DNA of 64,000 nt from an uncultured delta proteobacterium (GCA_963803435.1 CAWDML010000011.1:1-64000), one strand, 5' to 3'. Counted from the stretch's first letter, positions 1-12,788 are shown. Numbers and translations are program-made. Notes: generated by a model not told the origin, from the letters alone.

Positions 1-161
1 TTGGTGGCATCGGCCCCGGGATTCCTTGATCGACGCTGCTAACCCCAGTGTTTCGTGAACGTTTCTAAGGTTGGGTGAGCGACCGAAGAATCCGGGGGGG
101 CACGCCCCTTCAGCTCGCCTGCCTACTACTGCCGGACGCTGGCAGCGTCCGCCACGGACCT

Positions 162-3037
162 TCACCGCACATACAAAAACTCATTTGAGTTTAACAACAC
201 CCTGCAGAGACTAAATGCATCAGTTTGCTTGATGAATTCAACGCCTGCCGCTGTTTCAGCAAGGCTGGATCGCGAGCGTAAACCAACTCGTAAATCCGTT
301 GGACCAGTTTCTCTGGTGATGGTTGAGGTCCCGCGAGTTTTGTCGCTCGTTCCGCCAATGCCCGAGACTGGTCGAAAACAAACGGGTTATTCATCAGTGA
401 CAGGGCCTCCAACGCGGTCGTACTTTGGCCGCGCCGCGGGTTGTACCGAGGGATCGGACAGTCGAAGACGCTCATCAGCGGCTCCTGGAACGTGCGGATG
501 TTGAACATGTACACGCCGCGCCGCCACGTTCCGGTCCCGGCTTTTCCGAGGAGATAGTCCGGCACATTCCCGTCGCGGTAGTTAAACATGCGGTAGTCGG
601 GCCCCCCATCGTGAGGTCAAGCTGGCCACTGGTTGGAGGAACTGGTCGGCAATCCTTCGGCATTGATCCGTTGCGGATTCATTCTCCACAAGAGCCGATT
701 CGTCCATCCTTTCGCGGCCCGGCGGGACGCGATTGTGAGGACTGGCGATAGACCTCTGAGAGCATCATCAGCTTATGCAGCCGCTTCAGCTTCCACCCCT
801 GGTCCATGAAATCTGTGGCTAGCCAATCGAGTAATTGGGGGTGTGACGGACGGTCTCCGTTGAAACCCAGATCGCTCCGGTGTATTCAACAATTCCCTGA
901 CCAAAGTGATACTGCCACACACGATTCACGATAACTCGGGCGGTCAGGGGGTTACGAGTATCAACGATCCATTCGGCGAGACGAACGTCACGAGCGGGCC
1001 CTGAATCCTGATCTTTCTGCAGCGAGTTCGCCGTCGAGAGCCGTCACGGCCAGAGAGCTCGAGGGGTCACAGGATCCTGCCGGTCACGGACATTTCCCCG
1101 ACGCAGAATGAACGCAGGCTGAATTGCTCCGTCACTCGCCGAATAGCTGACAGGCAGCGGCGGGATCGCCCTCAGATCGGCCTCGGCGGCCGGTAGATCT
1201 TTCACCAGCCTGTCATAAGCAGACCGTGCATGGCTGTTAAACGGGCGACATTGTTCATTCGAAACCTCCGATGCAGGGTTAACACCACCTTGAAATGGCC
1301 GCCGTCGCTCGGAACCGCTGACCATCGTCCAAGCCTGACCATCTCCGGAAACAGCCACCGCATAATTCGTCGCAAGCCGGTCCTGAAATGCACCTTACGA
1401 TTCCGCCCCCGGACAATGCGAGACTTCCACGGGCCGTGGGAATTCAATCTGTGCCCAGCCTTTGCCCAGGTTCATTGCTGATCCAACTCGCCAATTCGCC
1501 TGGCTGCCCCATCATTTAAGTGGCGAATCTGATGAATGGGATAGCCAGGTAGCAGCGATGATGCCCGCTTTCGCCCCGGCATGGTCGGCGAGATTCAGCT
1601 TGGGGCTGGCGCCATAGACTTCCAGTTCGTCAACACAGGGTTCGGGCACCCGTCGTGGCCTTGATTTCAAAACGCAAAAAGCGGGCCACAACCGGAGCGA
1701 ATGTTTTCATTTCGTGCAAAATTGACCGGAGGCAATTTGTCCGTTTGTGGAGCTTTTGATCGTTCTTGTCGCCAGTTCCGCGATGAGCGTCTCGCGTATT
1801 GGATCGAGGAGCTCCGCCATCGCGGATTTTGCGGCGTCGATGCGTTTCTGTGCAACCTGACTGGCGGCAGCGTAGCGGGTTTTGTCTGCAGGCTGGGCGA
1901 CAACATTGTCGTTGCGGTCGAGCCCGCTGAAGATGCTGGTAAAGCTGAATAATCTCGTGTCGGAATGGGATCAAACTTGTGATCATGGCACGGCGGGCCA
2001 CAGACCGATGGTCAGGCCGAGAATGTCGTGCCAGTGGCCACGACTATCGTCCAGCTCATCCTGACGTGTCATCATCCGTTCGAGTTCGCTGATCGTCCCC
2101 ACATCATTCTTGGGGCCCGCCACAAGAAAGCCGGTCGCAATGGTCAAAGCTTGGGGATCATTCGGTCGCAGGGCAGATTCCCCCGCGTAGTTGCTCGCGG
2201 ACAAATTCGTTGTAGGGCAGATCGGCATCGAGGGCCAAAATCACATAATCGCGATACCGCCAGAAATTCGTTCGCAGGCGATCACGCTCGAACCCGTTGC
2301 TCTCGGCAAAGCGGACAATATCCAGCCAATGGCGGCCCCAACGCTCGCCATAGCGGGGGCTGTCGAGCAGCCGTTCAACCAGTTTTTCATAGGCATCGGG
2401 CGAGTTTCCAGCGACGAAAGGCTCGAACCTCTTCATAAGTTGGCGGCAACCCGTGAAGATCATAAGTCGCCCGCCAGAATGTACGTGGGGCGGTCCGCTG
2501 TTTGGTTCGGAGAGCACAATCCGGCTTCTTGTAACCGAGCCAAAATGAATCCATCGATCGGACGACGTTGCGCGACAGTGCTGTGAAAATCGGGCACATC
2601 CGGGCGTGCCACGGCTTGCAGTGACCACCAGTCGCTACCCGCCACGGCGCTCAGTTGCCAAACGTATACAGATCGAGAGTTCGCTCGGGGGAAAACGCAC
2701 CCCGTTCAATCCAGGTTTTCACGACCGCGATTTCGGCGGCTTTGAGAGGCTTCTTCGGCGGCATGTATTCGTTCGAGACATGCTCATACAACAGGCTGTC
2801 GTCTGGTTTTCCCGGGACAATAACGGCACCCGTATCACCACCCTTCAACATCGATCTCCGCGTCCGGAGATCCAGCCCGCCGCGCGCTTCGGCTGGCGGC
2901 ACTCCAGGCAGCGCGCACCAACAGCGGCTCCATTTCTGCCGGAAGAATTCCTCGTTCGACTGATCCGCCGCGGACACCGAGAACGGGCTAAGCAACAGCA
3001 ACAGGACAGTCAATCGTCCAAAAACACATGAATACAT
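162..3037 (-). CDS. Planctomycete cytochrome C / DUF1549 / DUF1553 (PSD1) protein with discoidin-like inserts; heavily frameshifted
   Basis: Fragments across frames: signal peptide [16 protein letters not shown]; [32 protein letters not shown]; [37 protein letters not shown]; [24 protein letters not shown]; ends [12 protein letters not shown] at 162. Confidence 0.9.
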
Positions 3038-3232
3038 CCCTCGGGCAAAATTGCGATGGTGACAGGGGGAACGTATTGGATTGATAACAAGTGCCATCCG
3101 TCCCACCAGAAGTCATCGGTCGGCATGGGACATATGACTAAGTACAGACCAACTCCCATCTTACGACGAATCCGGAGTGTATAGAAGTGGCTGCGAGAAC
3201 GTTGGCACAATTCCCGTGCATGACTAGCAGTC

Positions 3233-3634
3233 TTATTTTTTTAAATCGATTGAGAAAAAGTTCTCGCCCGATTCGCCGACGGTTTCCGTCAGTCCGCTAT
3301 CTTTGACAAAGCGTACTTCTCCGGAATCAGGGATTTTGGGGTGACGTACGGTTTTCTGATGATAGGTCCCGCTTTTCAACAACGATCCGGCAGGGGCCAG
3401 GAACCACCCCATCCTTATCCTTCACCGTCGTTAGATCAAAACTGCCTTCTTTATCAGTCGTTCCTGATGCCTGCGGACCGGATTCCGGATAAACTTGATA
3501 TAGGCCCCTACCAGTGGCTCCCCATTAAACGTGAGCACACCGGAAGCTGGCACGGGTTGCATCTCTCCCGATCCACCCAACAGCCGGGTAAAGACCACCG
3601 ATCCGATGATGAGACAAGTCGCACGTTGAAACAT
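3233..3634 (-). CDS. Small Planctomycete lipoprotein (carboxypeptidase-regulatory-like fold) typically downstream of DUF1559; frameshifted
   Basis: GGSGEMQPVPASGVLTFNGEPLVGAYIKF... and C-terminal IPEKYA..SGLTETVGESGENFFSIDLKK*. Confidence 0.7.
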
Positions 3635-3698
3635 CACTGTGCGAGCTGCAGTTCGAATCGACCAACCGACAATGAACAGGACGACGGTTACCGATTTA

Positions 3699-4654
3699 TT
3701 AGAAGTCACGATCACCTGCCCGTCGCGTCGATCTCCCAGCTTTTGCAATGAGGTGTAGTCCATGTTTTGACTCAAGAACCTGACGAGCCATCAGCTAGCG
3801 TCACGTGGGGCCTCCGACATGCCTGGATTTGAAGGCTTGCGCAGCTCCCCATTCGGTTTCGGTGTGGCAGGTTCCGCCATAGCCAGGTTCGCCGGAGCGA
3901 ATCACCGTGTTAATTCCGCCGGTCGTTCCGACCCACAACGAATTTTGATGCATCCAGCCATTTTGCTGGTGTGTCGAACACTTCGGGCGTGTCTCACCCA
4001 CCAGGATCGTGTTATTGTGCCGTCGGTGATGTCACGAATGCGAGCTGCCCAAGAAAAATGGGCGAAGACGCCCGAGATCTGGCTCGGATCATCAGAATGC
4101 CTGACTCGCCGAACCTTATCTTGGAATTTACTGTGTTCCAACCTGTGTTACAGGCGGCGAAATTCTCAGCGCGATCAGTGCGCGTAGTTGGTGACTGCTC
4201 GCGGACTGGGGGATGTGTTCTGACCACCGGTCAGAAGGCCGCTGACATCGTCGCTGGGGCAGAGCAGCGATGGCAATGAAATCTGGCAGAGCAACTGCCC
4301 GCTGGCCGTCGTCTGGGCATCCAATTGCGTCCCAAATGAGAAGTTGATCGTGTTGTAAAGTGGTGCGCCTGGTCAAAGTAAGCGAATAACATGACCAGAC
4401 AATTACCGCGGTTAAACGTCCATGACCCAGCGTAGAATCCCCCGGCGGGAACATCCCGCAGGTGTCATGATAGTTATGCATCGCAATCCCGAGTTGCTTG
4501 AGATTATTCTTGCACTGTGAACGGCGAGCGGCTTCGCGAGCCTGCTGGACGGCGGCAACAACAACGCAATCAGGACCGCGATAATCGCGATCACTACAAG
4601 CAGTTCAATGAGGGTAAAACCCCGACGGGGCGACCGAGAGACGTCATAAAGCAC
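3699..4654 (-). CDS. DUF1559 prepilin-type N-terminal cleavage/methylation protein; frameshifted
   Basis: [54 protein letters not shown]; C-terminal [13 protein letters not shown] (H-X9-DG motif). Confidence 0.92.
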
Positions 4655-5137
4655 CTTTGCGAGCGTGAAAAGGAACTCAGGCTAATGAGGTAAACATTTA
4701 CGTCAAAAGAAAATCCTGGTTATGAAATCAATGGTCGGCCCGAATTGATTCCACCCAACTGCCATGTCGGCAATACGATAATGCAATCGTATTTTATGCA
4801 TTGTCAGATGAATCAATATTACAGTCCAATAGGGGGAAATCAATGTGATACTTGTGCTGCCGGAGGCATAAAGAGAGCTGCCGCAGCGACAACTTGAGCT
4901 GATGATCCGCGTGCCATCAGCACCCGGATCCGACGCCATTGAGATATTCCAATCGTCCGAGTCCCGACGGCAACCGGTTTGCTGGCACCAGTTGTTGCCA
5001 GATGTCAACCGCCATTCGCGACATTTCGCGTCACATTTCGGCTGAATAACGCTCGTGTCGAAAAACGGTTACGCTAAGGGCCGGCTTTTTCAGAACGATC
5101 CTCAATAAGGGGGATCTCATTTTCCGCTGGCTGATCT

Positions 5138-6588
5138 GTGCTATTTAGTTCGTTCCTGTTTTTGTTTTACTTTTTGCCACTGACGTTGGTGCTGTACTAC
5201 TCTGCGCCACCGGCCTGGCGGCTGGGTGTGTTGACGGTGGTCAGTTATGTGTTTTACGGCTGGACGAATCCGCTGTACGTACCATTGATGTGGCTGTCGA
5301 CGACGATTGATTACATCGCCGGCGCGATGATCTCTGCGGATGCCGGCAGGCAACCAAATCCCACACGTTTCGCCAGGTGCGGCACTGGTCATTTCCGTGA
5401 CCTCGAATCTGGGGTTGCTGGGTTACTTCAAATACTTCAACTTCGGGGCCGACGCGTACCGTGCTTTGCTGTTGCAGCTCGGCTGGTCGCAGCCTGTGCC
5501 CGACGCACTTTGGCAGGTGATCCTGCCGCTGGGGATCAGTTTCTACACGTTTCAATCGCTTAGCTACACCATTGACATTTACCGGGGTGAGGCCCGGCCA
5601 GCCCGCAGTTTCCTGGATTTTGCATGTTACGTGTCCCTCTTTCCACAGTTGGTCGCCGGTTCCATTATTCGTTTCCAGGATCTCGCCGATCAACTTTCGA
5701 TTCTTCTATCGCGGATACCTGGGAGAAGTTTTCCCGCGGTGTCCTGTTATTCCAGTTGGGGTTGGCGAAGAAAGTTGTCTTAGCGAACCCCTGCGGTCCG
5801 GTGGCCGAGGCGGCATTCAACGCGGGAACCCTGGGAATTTTTCAGGCCTGGTGGGACTCGGGCTATGCCTTCCCGAGATCTACTTCGATTTTAGCGGTTA
5901 TTCCGATATGGCCATTGGGCTTGGGCTGATGTTCGGGTTCACCTTTCCCGAAAATTTTCGATCGCCCTATCGTTCGGCATCAGTCACAGAATTCTGGCGG
6001 CGTGGCGTATTACGCTCTCCACCTGGCTGCGCGAGTACCTTTACATCCCGCTGGGGGGCAATCGTCACGGTCGTGTCCGCACCTATTTCAATTTATTTCT
6101 TGTGATGTTGCTCGGCGGGCTGTGGCACGGTGCGGCCTGGAATTTCGTGATCTGGGGCGGTTATCACGGATTGTTGCTGGCTGGCGAACAAAAGTACCGC
6201 GAATTTCGGGGCAGCCACGCACCCTCCCGCCCACGGTTCATTGGGACGCATTGCCCGCGTGGCGTTCACGTTTTTGCTGTGGCGCTGGGCTGGGTCTTGT
6301 TTCGCGGGCACGACATGACTCATGCCGGCGCTGACTATGCAGCGTTGGCTGGCGTGGCTCCGCCACAGACCGGCAACGGCCCTCTTGTGGAGTCTGTTGT
6401 TTCAGCCGTACCATGTCTTATGCCTGTTGGCGGCTCGCCGTCATCTGGGGTTTCCCGACAGCTTGGAATTTCACCGAGCGGCAAACGGCGGGAAAAAGAA
6501 AATCTGTCTGGGATGTGCCCTGTTTCTGCTGAGCATCGTCCTGCTGGCGACGCAGCAGTACAATCCGTTTATCTACTTCTTGTTTTAG
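5138..6588 (+). CDS. MBOAT family O-acyltransferase (AlgI-like); frameshifted
   Basis: [84 protein letters not shown]. Confidence 0.92.
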
Positions 6589-6721
6589 ATTTGTTTTTGT
6601 CAAATGATCGATTCAGATTGAAATTGTGGATGACCTACTCCTCAAGGGGGCACGCTAGGCCAGCCTGGTGCACCCTTTCGGGGCGGATACCATACCGGAC
6701 ATCAGCTCTTAAAGATTATGT

Positions 6722-7750
6722 ATGACTGGCAATCCATCCCGCTGCGGTTCCAATATCCCGAGCTATTTTTGCTCGGGATTCCGCTGGGATTTGTCTACTG
6801 GCGGTAGGGGGGCGGCCGGGGCGTGACCGGTTGGCTGCGAGCTGTCCAGCTGTTGCTGTTGCTCCTCGTCCTGACCGCTCCGGAATGGGACCTCGGAGGG
6901 CAGGGTATTAACGTGGTGGCGGTTGTCGGTCGTCCACGTCGATGACCGCCGAGTCTGAAACACGGATGTGAAGCTCTGGCGAATTTGCTGAAGGGACGCG
7001 GCGCTGGTGATCGAGTCGGCGTCGTCACATTCGGGCAAGAGCCTGCCGTGGAGTTGATGCTGTCGCGGACCGATGTCCTCGCGGGGGGCGGCTATACCAA
7101 GCAGATCCTGCCTGGACGGGAGTGACCTCGAGGCCGGCATCCAGACGGCGCTGAATCTGGTTGACCCATACCGCCCGTCGCGGATTCTGGTCCTGTCTGA
7201 CGGTGAATCGAACGGTTCGCCCGTCACCACCGCGGCCCGGCGGGCTCAGGAAATGCACGTGCCGATTGACTATCGCGGCTTCGAGCGGCTGCGGACCGGT
7301 GATGTCGCGGTCGAAGCCGTACTGCTGCCGGAGATCGTTGCACCACGCGGACCCTTTCAGTTCTCCGCTGTCGTTTACGCTGACAAGGAGGCGGCGGACG
7401 GCAAAGTCACGGTCTCCCGCGAGGGCCGCACAATAGCCGGTCAGTCGCGGCACTTCCACATGGCTCCAATGAGATTATTGTCCCGCGATTTGCTGGAAAG
7501 CGGCGGTCTGCATTCTTACGAGGTCAAGCTGGAAGTGGTCGGCGATCCACTGCCGGAAAACAACCGCGGGGCGGGAGTCGTCCGTGTTGAGGCAGGAACC
7601 GCGGCTGCTGGTGCTCAATCAGGACGGTCAGGAAGACAACTGTGTTGCGCCTGGAAGATCGGCCAAGCTGCCAGTGGACGTGGCTCAAGCCTCAACTCAT
7701 CCGCTGACACAGGATGCCTTGGAACGTTACCGTGCGGTGATCCGGAGAAC
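6722..7750 (+). CDS. VWA-domain membrane protein (Planctomycete type), frameshifted and truncated at the junction
   Basis: GDRVGVVTFG, GSDLEAGIQTAL..RILVLSDGESNG, DPLPENNRG, ALERYRAVI; the sequence then switches to unrelated high-GC DNA. Confidence 0.75.
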
Positions 7751-7938
7751 ACCGAACGCCCGTCACCGTCGAAGAGGGCACCAACGTCGTGGTCGGCACC
7801 GACGACGCCCGCATCCGCGCCGAGGCCCACCGGATCCTCGACGGCAAGGGCAAGACCGGGCGCGCCCCGGCGCTGTGGGATGGCAAGACGTCCGAGCGGA
7901 TCGTCCGGGCCGTCCTCGACTTTCTGGCCAAGCGCTGA
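7744..7938 (+). CDS. wecB: UDP-N-acetylglucosamine 2-epimerase, C-terminal fragment only
   Basis: Translation with one indel: ENTERP(V)TVEEGTNVVVGTDDARIRAEAHRILDGKGKTGRAPALWDGKTSERIVRAVLDFLAKR*; TERP/GTN/WDG motifs. Confidence 0.85.
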   Translation, partial: GEHRTPVTVEEGTNVVVGTDDARIRAEAHRILDGKGKTGRAPALWDGKTSERIVRAVLDFLAKR

Positions 7939-8001
7939 GCACCGGCGAATTCTTGTCACGGTCGCTCGGGGGCGGCGTTCTCTCCACCAAAGGAGAATCA
8001 C

Positions 8002-8457
8002 ATGACCTGCTTCCCAATCCGCACTGGTATGGCTGGCGCTCTCGACCGCGTGCGCGGGAGGCGCCGAGACCTGGGGCTCGGCCTCGTCCCAGCTTCGACC
8101 CTCACGCGCGCTCCGCAGACCTGCACCGCCGGCTTCACCCGCGCGCGCGAGTGCACCGACCAATACATCCCCGCGCTGGTGGCGCTCCGCGTTCGCCTCG
8201 ACGTCCCTGCCGGAATCGCCGAGCAGGATCGGAAGCTCGGCCGTCCCGGGCTGGTGCAGGAGGCAATGGGAGAGTGGTCGAGCGATTCGACCGACGAGGC
8301 GATCGCGACCTCCTGCCAGAAGATGGCGGCGGCGCCCCGGGAGCGGGTCGGTGCGTACCTCGATGGGGCCGAGCGTTGTCTGACGATGAGCGGGTGTCAG
8401 GCCTACGTCGACTGCGTGATGCCGCTCCACGAGGCGACATTCAGCGCATCACGTTGA
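8002..8457 (+). CDS. Hypothetical Cys-containing exported protein (myxobacterial type)
   Basis: RBS AAGGAG before ATG; ECTDQYIPALVALRV...ERCLTMSGCQAYVDCVMP; N-terminus may be frameshifted. Confidence 0.6.
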   Translation: MTCFPIRTGMAGALDRVRGRRRDLGLGLVPASTLTRAPQTCTAGFTRARECTDQYIPALVALRVRLDVPAGIAEQDRKLGRPGLVQEAMGEWSSDSTDEAIATSCQKMAAAPRERVGAYLDGAERCLTMSGCQAYVDCVMPLHEATFSASR

Positions 8458-8532
8458 AGCAGAGGTCCCCGCTCGGAGGGCGCCCTGGTGCGGGGCGTTG
8501 TCAGGGCCCTCCGAACGCGCGAGCCTCTGGCC

Positions 8533-9132
8533 ATGCGCGGTGGGCTCGTCGAAGTGATCGAAGCGCGGGGCCTCCTTCCCATGCACGATCCTCACCTCTT
8601 GTCGGCGACGGCCATCCTGGCGAGAGAGCCCGTCCAAGGTTCGTGGTGGTCCCACCCTCGCGCGAACGAGATGTATCGGGCGATGACGGAGGTCGAGGAT
8701 CACGACGACGTCGAGGTCGTCAAGCTGCTCGCGGGAAAGCTGACGTTCATCCATCGACGCTTGTGGAGCCCGCTGTTCGCGGTGGTGACCGAGCGCGACA
8801 CCTGGCAGACGAAGGACCTCCCGGCGGCCGCGGTCCGGCTCCTCGCGCGGTTGGACGAGATCAAGCGCATCCGCGCCGACGGCATTCGCGAGCTCAAGAA
8901 AGAGGTGAAGCTGATCGAAGCTCGGTTGCTCGCCTTCGTGATGTCCGAGCACACCGAGTCCGGACGCCACGAGCGGGTGCTCGAGAGCTGGGAGGCCTGG
9001 CGGAAGCGCGTGGCCCTCGCGGGCCGAAAGCCGGCCGTCGCCAAGGCGCGCGCGGAGCTCGAAGAAGCGGCCGCAGCGTTCGCGCCGCTGAAGCTGCCCT
9101 GGATGAAGCGACGATCGGCCGGCGCTACTTGA
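8533..9132 (+). CDS. Hypothetical protein, possibly AlkZ/winged-helix DNA-glycosylase-related
   Basis: GSWWSHP..Y...KLLAGKLTFIHRRLW motif; good high-GC codon usage. Confidence 0.5.
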   Translation: MRGGLVEVIEARGLLPMHDPHLLSATAILAREPVQGSWWSHPRANEMYRAMTEVEDHDDVEVVKLLAGKLTFIHRRLWSPLFAVVTERDTWQTKDLPAAAVRLLARLDEIKRIRADGIRELKKEVKLIEARLLAFVMSEHTESGRHERVLESWEAWRKRVALAGRKPAVAKARAELEEAAAAFAPLKLPWMKRRSAGAT

Positions 9133-10747
9133 TCACGCCCCGGGCGCGGAGCTCGGCCACCAGGTCGTCGGCGATCGCCTCGCGATCGTCCAGGTCGGCC
9201 TCGTTGGGGACGTGGAGCGCCCTGGGGTCCGCGTGCACCGTGGGGCAGATCGCGAGCAGGCCGGCCTGCGCGAAGGCCTCGGGCTGGTCCCGCGTGACCA
9301 CCGGGAGGTGTCCCAGGTCGAAGAGGCGGCGCTCGAGCGCGTAGGCGAAGACGTCGGCGCGTCCCTGGCGCGCCGCGACCAGACGGATCACCGCGCCGTG
9401 GTGTCCGAGCCGGGACGCGCGCTCGGCGGCGCTGATCTCGGAGGTGACCTCGGCGGTGGCGCCCGACTCGGCGCCCAGGATCATCCCGGCCGCGACGGTG
9501 TCGTTCGTGACCGAGTCGATCAGGATGAACGCGCCGGTGGTCCGGTTCTGGACGTACGGATCGAACACCAGCGGCCGCGTGGTGCGGAGGTGAAGTCGGC
9601 CGATGTCGTTGAGGCCGAGCGTCTCGGTCGGGCCTTCCTCGAGGGTGGAGAGGTCGATCGAGGAGACCAGCTCGTCGACGAAGGCGCGCGTCACCTGGGT
9701 CGTGTGCTTGAGCAGATAGGAGCGCCCGCGGTCGAGCGGTCGGTCGCTCATCCAGATCACGGTGGCGGCGATCTGTCGAGCGACCTGCGGGCGCGCGTTC
9801 GGATCGACGAGGACGTCGCCGCGGGAGACGTCGATCTCGTCCTCCAGGCGGAGCGTGACCGACAGCGGCGGCCCGGCCTCGGCGAGCTCCCGGTCGTACA
9901 GATCGATCCCGGCGACGCGCGTCTCCTTCCCGGAGGGCATCACCACGATCGGGTCGCCCTTCCGGATCGAACCGCTCGCGATCTGACCCGCGAAGCCGCG
10001 GTAGTCGAGGTGCGGGCGGATCGCCGTCTGCACCGGCATGCGGAAGGCGAAGTGGCGCTGGCGATCGCCGATCGGCACGGTCTCCAGGTAGTGGAGCAGC
10101 GGGCCGCCCTGATACCAGGGCGTGCGGAGGCTCCCCCTCACCACGTTGTCGCCCTCGAGCGCGCTGATCGGGAACAGGCGGACGGCCTCGAAGCCGAGCT
10201 TCCGAATGACGTGTGCGAAGTCGTCGGTGATCCGGCGGAAGACGGCCTCGTCGAACTCGACCAGGTCCATCTTGTTGATGCACACCGCCAGGTTCTGGAT
10301 TCCGAGGAGCGCGGTGATGTACGCGTGGCGGCGCGACTGCTCCAGCACGCCGTAGCGAGCGTCGATCAGGATGATGGCGACGTCGGCGGTCGAGGAGCCG
10401 GTCGCCATGTTCCGCGTGTACTGCACGTGGCCGGGCGTGTCGGCGAGGATGAACTTGCGGGCGGGCGTGCTGAAGTACCGGTAGGCGACGTCGATCGTGA
10501 TCCCTTGCTCGCGCTCCGCCTGCAGGCCGTCGGTGATCCGCGCCAGGTCGATGATGCCGTCCCCGCCGGCCGAGACGTCCGCCAGGATGTCCTCGTAGAT
10601 GCCGACGGAGTCGTGGAGGAGGCGGCCGATCAGCGTCGACTTGCCGTCGTCGACCGAGCCGATCGTGACGAAGCGGAGCAGCTCCTTGTGCTCCTGCTTC
10701 TCCAGGAACGCGTCGATGTCGTCGCGGATGAGCTGGTCCTCGTGCAT
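9125..10747 (-). CDS. cysN: Sulfate adenylyltransferase subunit 1 with degenerate C-terminal APS-kinase remnant
   Basis: [59 protein letters not shown]. Confidence 0.95.
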   Translation of the reverse strand: MHEDQLIRDDIDAFLEKQEHKELLRFVTIGSVDDGKSTLIGRLLHDSVGIYEDILADVSAGGDGIIDLARITDGLQAEREQGITIDVAYRYFSTPARKFILADTPGHVQYTRNMATGSSTADVAIILIDARYGVLEQSRRHAYITALLGIQNLAVCINKMDLVEFDEAVFRRITDDFAHVIRKLGFEAVRLFPISALEGDNVVRGSLRTPWYQGGPLLHYLETVPIGDRQRHFAFRMPVQTAIRPHLDYRGFAGQIASGSIRKGDPIVVMPSGKETRVAGIDLYDRELAEAGPPLSVTLRLEDEIDVSRGDVLVDPNARPQVARQIAATVIWMSDRPLDRGRSYLLKHTTQVTRAFVDELVSSIDLSTLEEGPTETLGLNDIGRLHLRTTRPLVFDPYVQNRTTGAFILIDSVTNDTVAAGMILGAESGATAEVTSEISAAERASRLGHHGAVIRLVAARQGRADVFAYALERRLFDLGHLPVVTRDQPEAFAQAGLLAICPTVHADPRALHVPNEADLDDREAIADDLVAELRARGVIK

Positions 10748-10748
10748 C

Positions 10749-11655
10749 TCAGAAGTACCCCTCCCGCTTCTTCTGCTCCATCGACGAGGGGGCGTCGTGA
10801 TCGATGACGCGGTTCTGGCGTTCCGAGTGTCGCGTCAGCAGCATCTCCCGGATGATCTCGGGCAGGGTCTGGGCGCTCGACTCGATGGCGCCGGTCAGCG
10901 GGTAGCAGCCGAGGGTGCGGAAGCGGACCTCGCGCATCTCCGGAACCTCGCCCGGCTCGAGCGGAATCCGATCGTCGTCCACCATGATCAGCGTGCCGTT
11001 GCGCCACACGACCGGGCGGGGCTTCGCGAAGTAGAGCGGGACAATCTCGAGCTTCTCGAGGTGGATGTACTGCCAGACGTCGAGCTCGGTCCAGTTGGAG
11101 AGCGGAAAGACGCGGAGCGACTCCTTGTCGCGGACCCGACCGTTGTAGAGGCCCCACAGCTCGGGTCGCTGGTTCTTGGGATCCCACTGCTGCATGGCGT
11201 CCCGGAACGAGTAGATGCGCTCCTTGGCCCGCGACTTCTCCTCGTCGCGGCGGGCGCCGCCGAAGACCACGTCGTACCCACCGGCGGTCAGCGCCTGGCG
11301 GAGCGCCTCGGTCTTCATGATGTTCGTGTACTCGTTGCTCCCGTGCGTGAACGGGTGTGACGCCTTCGCGCACCCCGCGCGCGTTGGTGTGGACCAGGAG
11401 ATCGAGGTCGTGCGCCGAGCAGAAGCGGTCGCGGAACTCGATCATCTCGCGGAACTTGAAGGTGGTGTCGACGTGGAGCAGCGGAAACGGCACCCGCGCG
11501 GGGTAGAAGGCCTTGCGCGCCAGGTGCAGCATGACGGTCGAGTCCTTGCCGATCGAATACAGCATCACCGGGTTGCGGGCGTCGGCGACCGCCTCGCGGA
11601 TGATGTGGATGCTCTCTGCCTCCAGCTGCTGGAGATGGGTGGGAACGGGGCTCAT
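10749..11655 (-). CDS. cysD: Sulfate adenylyltransferase subunit 2 (one frameshift near 11360)
   Basis: [59 protein letters not shown]. Confidence 0.95.
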
Positions 11656-11757
11656 GGTTGACGCGCTGCGCTACCGACGTTAGCCCGAAATACGCGGGGT
11701 CGCTAGCCGTTCGACCACGTTGCGTTTTCGAAGGCCAGCCGCTAGACGTGCCCCACT

Positions 11758-12753
11758 ATGGTCCGGGCGCAGATCCTCGGCACTGGTCACTACGTCCCCG
11801 AGCGCGTGGTGACCAACTCCGATCTCGAGCAGTGGATGGACACCAGCGACGACTGGATCCAGCAGCGGACCGGGATCAAGGAACGTCGCTGGATCTCGGA
11901 GGAATGCGGCGCTTCGGACCTCGGCCATCGTGCGGCGAAGAACGCCCTCGAGATGGCCGGTCTCCAGGCGAAGGATCTCGACGCGATCATCTTCGCGACG
12001 CTCTCGCCCGACTACAACTTCCCAGGCTCGGGTTGTCTCCTGAACAACCTGCTCGAGATCCGAGGAACGCCGGCCCTCGACATCCGGAACCAGTGCAGCG
12101 GCTTCGTGTACGGGCTCCAGATCGCCGACGCCTGGATCCGCTCAGGGATGTACCGGCGCGTGCTCTTCGTCGGCTCGGAGGTTCACTCCACCGGCCTCGA
12201 CATCTCGACGCGCGGTCGCGACGTGTCCGTGATCTTCGGGGACGGCGCAGGCGCGGTGATCCTGGGCGCTTCGGACGACGAGGCCTCCGGCGTGCTCGAG
12301 ACCTACGTCGGCGCCGACGGAAAATATGCGCGCGAGCTCTGGGTCGAGCTGCCCGCGTCCCGCTACATCCCGAGGCTGACCCAGGACGGCGTCGACGCCG
12401 GGCGCCACTATCCGCAGATGAACGGGCGCGAGGTGTTCAAGCACGCGGCCCGCAAGCTGCCGGAGGCGGTGATGACGGTCCTCGAGCGGCAGAAGCTCAG
12501 TCCGAAGGACATCGACCTGTTCATCCCGCACCAGGCGAACCTGCGGATCTCGGAGGCGGTGCAGAAGGCGCTCGGGCTCGAGGACGCGCGCGTCTACAAC
12601 AACATCGATCGGTATGGGAACACGACGGCCGCCTCCATCCCGATCGCGATGGACGAGTGTGTTCGAAGCGCCCGCCTGAATCGGGGCGATCTGCTCGCCG
12701 TGGGGGCCTTCGGCGCAGGGTTCACCTGGGGCTCGGCCCTCATCCGCTACTGA
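11758..12753 (+). CDS. fabH: 3-oxoacyl-ACP synthase III
   Basis: QRTGIKERR, catalytic NQCSGF, FGDGAGA, PHQANLRI, YGNTTAASIP, GAGFTWG. Confidence 0.93.
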   Translation: MVRAQILGTGHYVPERVVTNSDLEQWMDTSDDWIQQRTGIKERRWISEECGASDLGHRAAKNALEMAGLQAKDLDAIIFATLSPDYNFPGSGCLLNNLLEIRGTPALDIRNQCSGFVYGLQIADAWIRSGMYRRVLFVGSEVHSTGLDISTRGRDVSVIFGDGAGAVILGASDDEASGVLETYVGADGKYARELWVELPASRYIPRLTQDGVDAGRHYPQMNGREVFKHAARKLPEAVMTVLERQKLSPKDIDLFIPHQANLRISEAVQKALGLEDARVYNNIDRYGNTTAASIPIAMDECVRSARLNRGDLLAVGAFGAGFTWGSALIRY

Positions 12754-12788
12754 CATCCCCGGAATCACTCGAAAATTAGGCGCATTTC

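Noticed and set aside
1-7745. Horizontally acquired, decaying genomic island
   Set aside because: Typical Planctomycete core families, no integrase, att site or IS, a mid-gene join and a very high indel rate point to a low-coverage chimeric end
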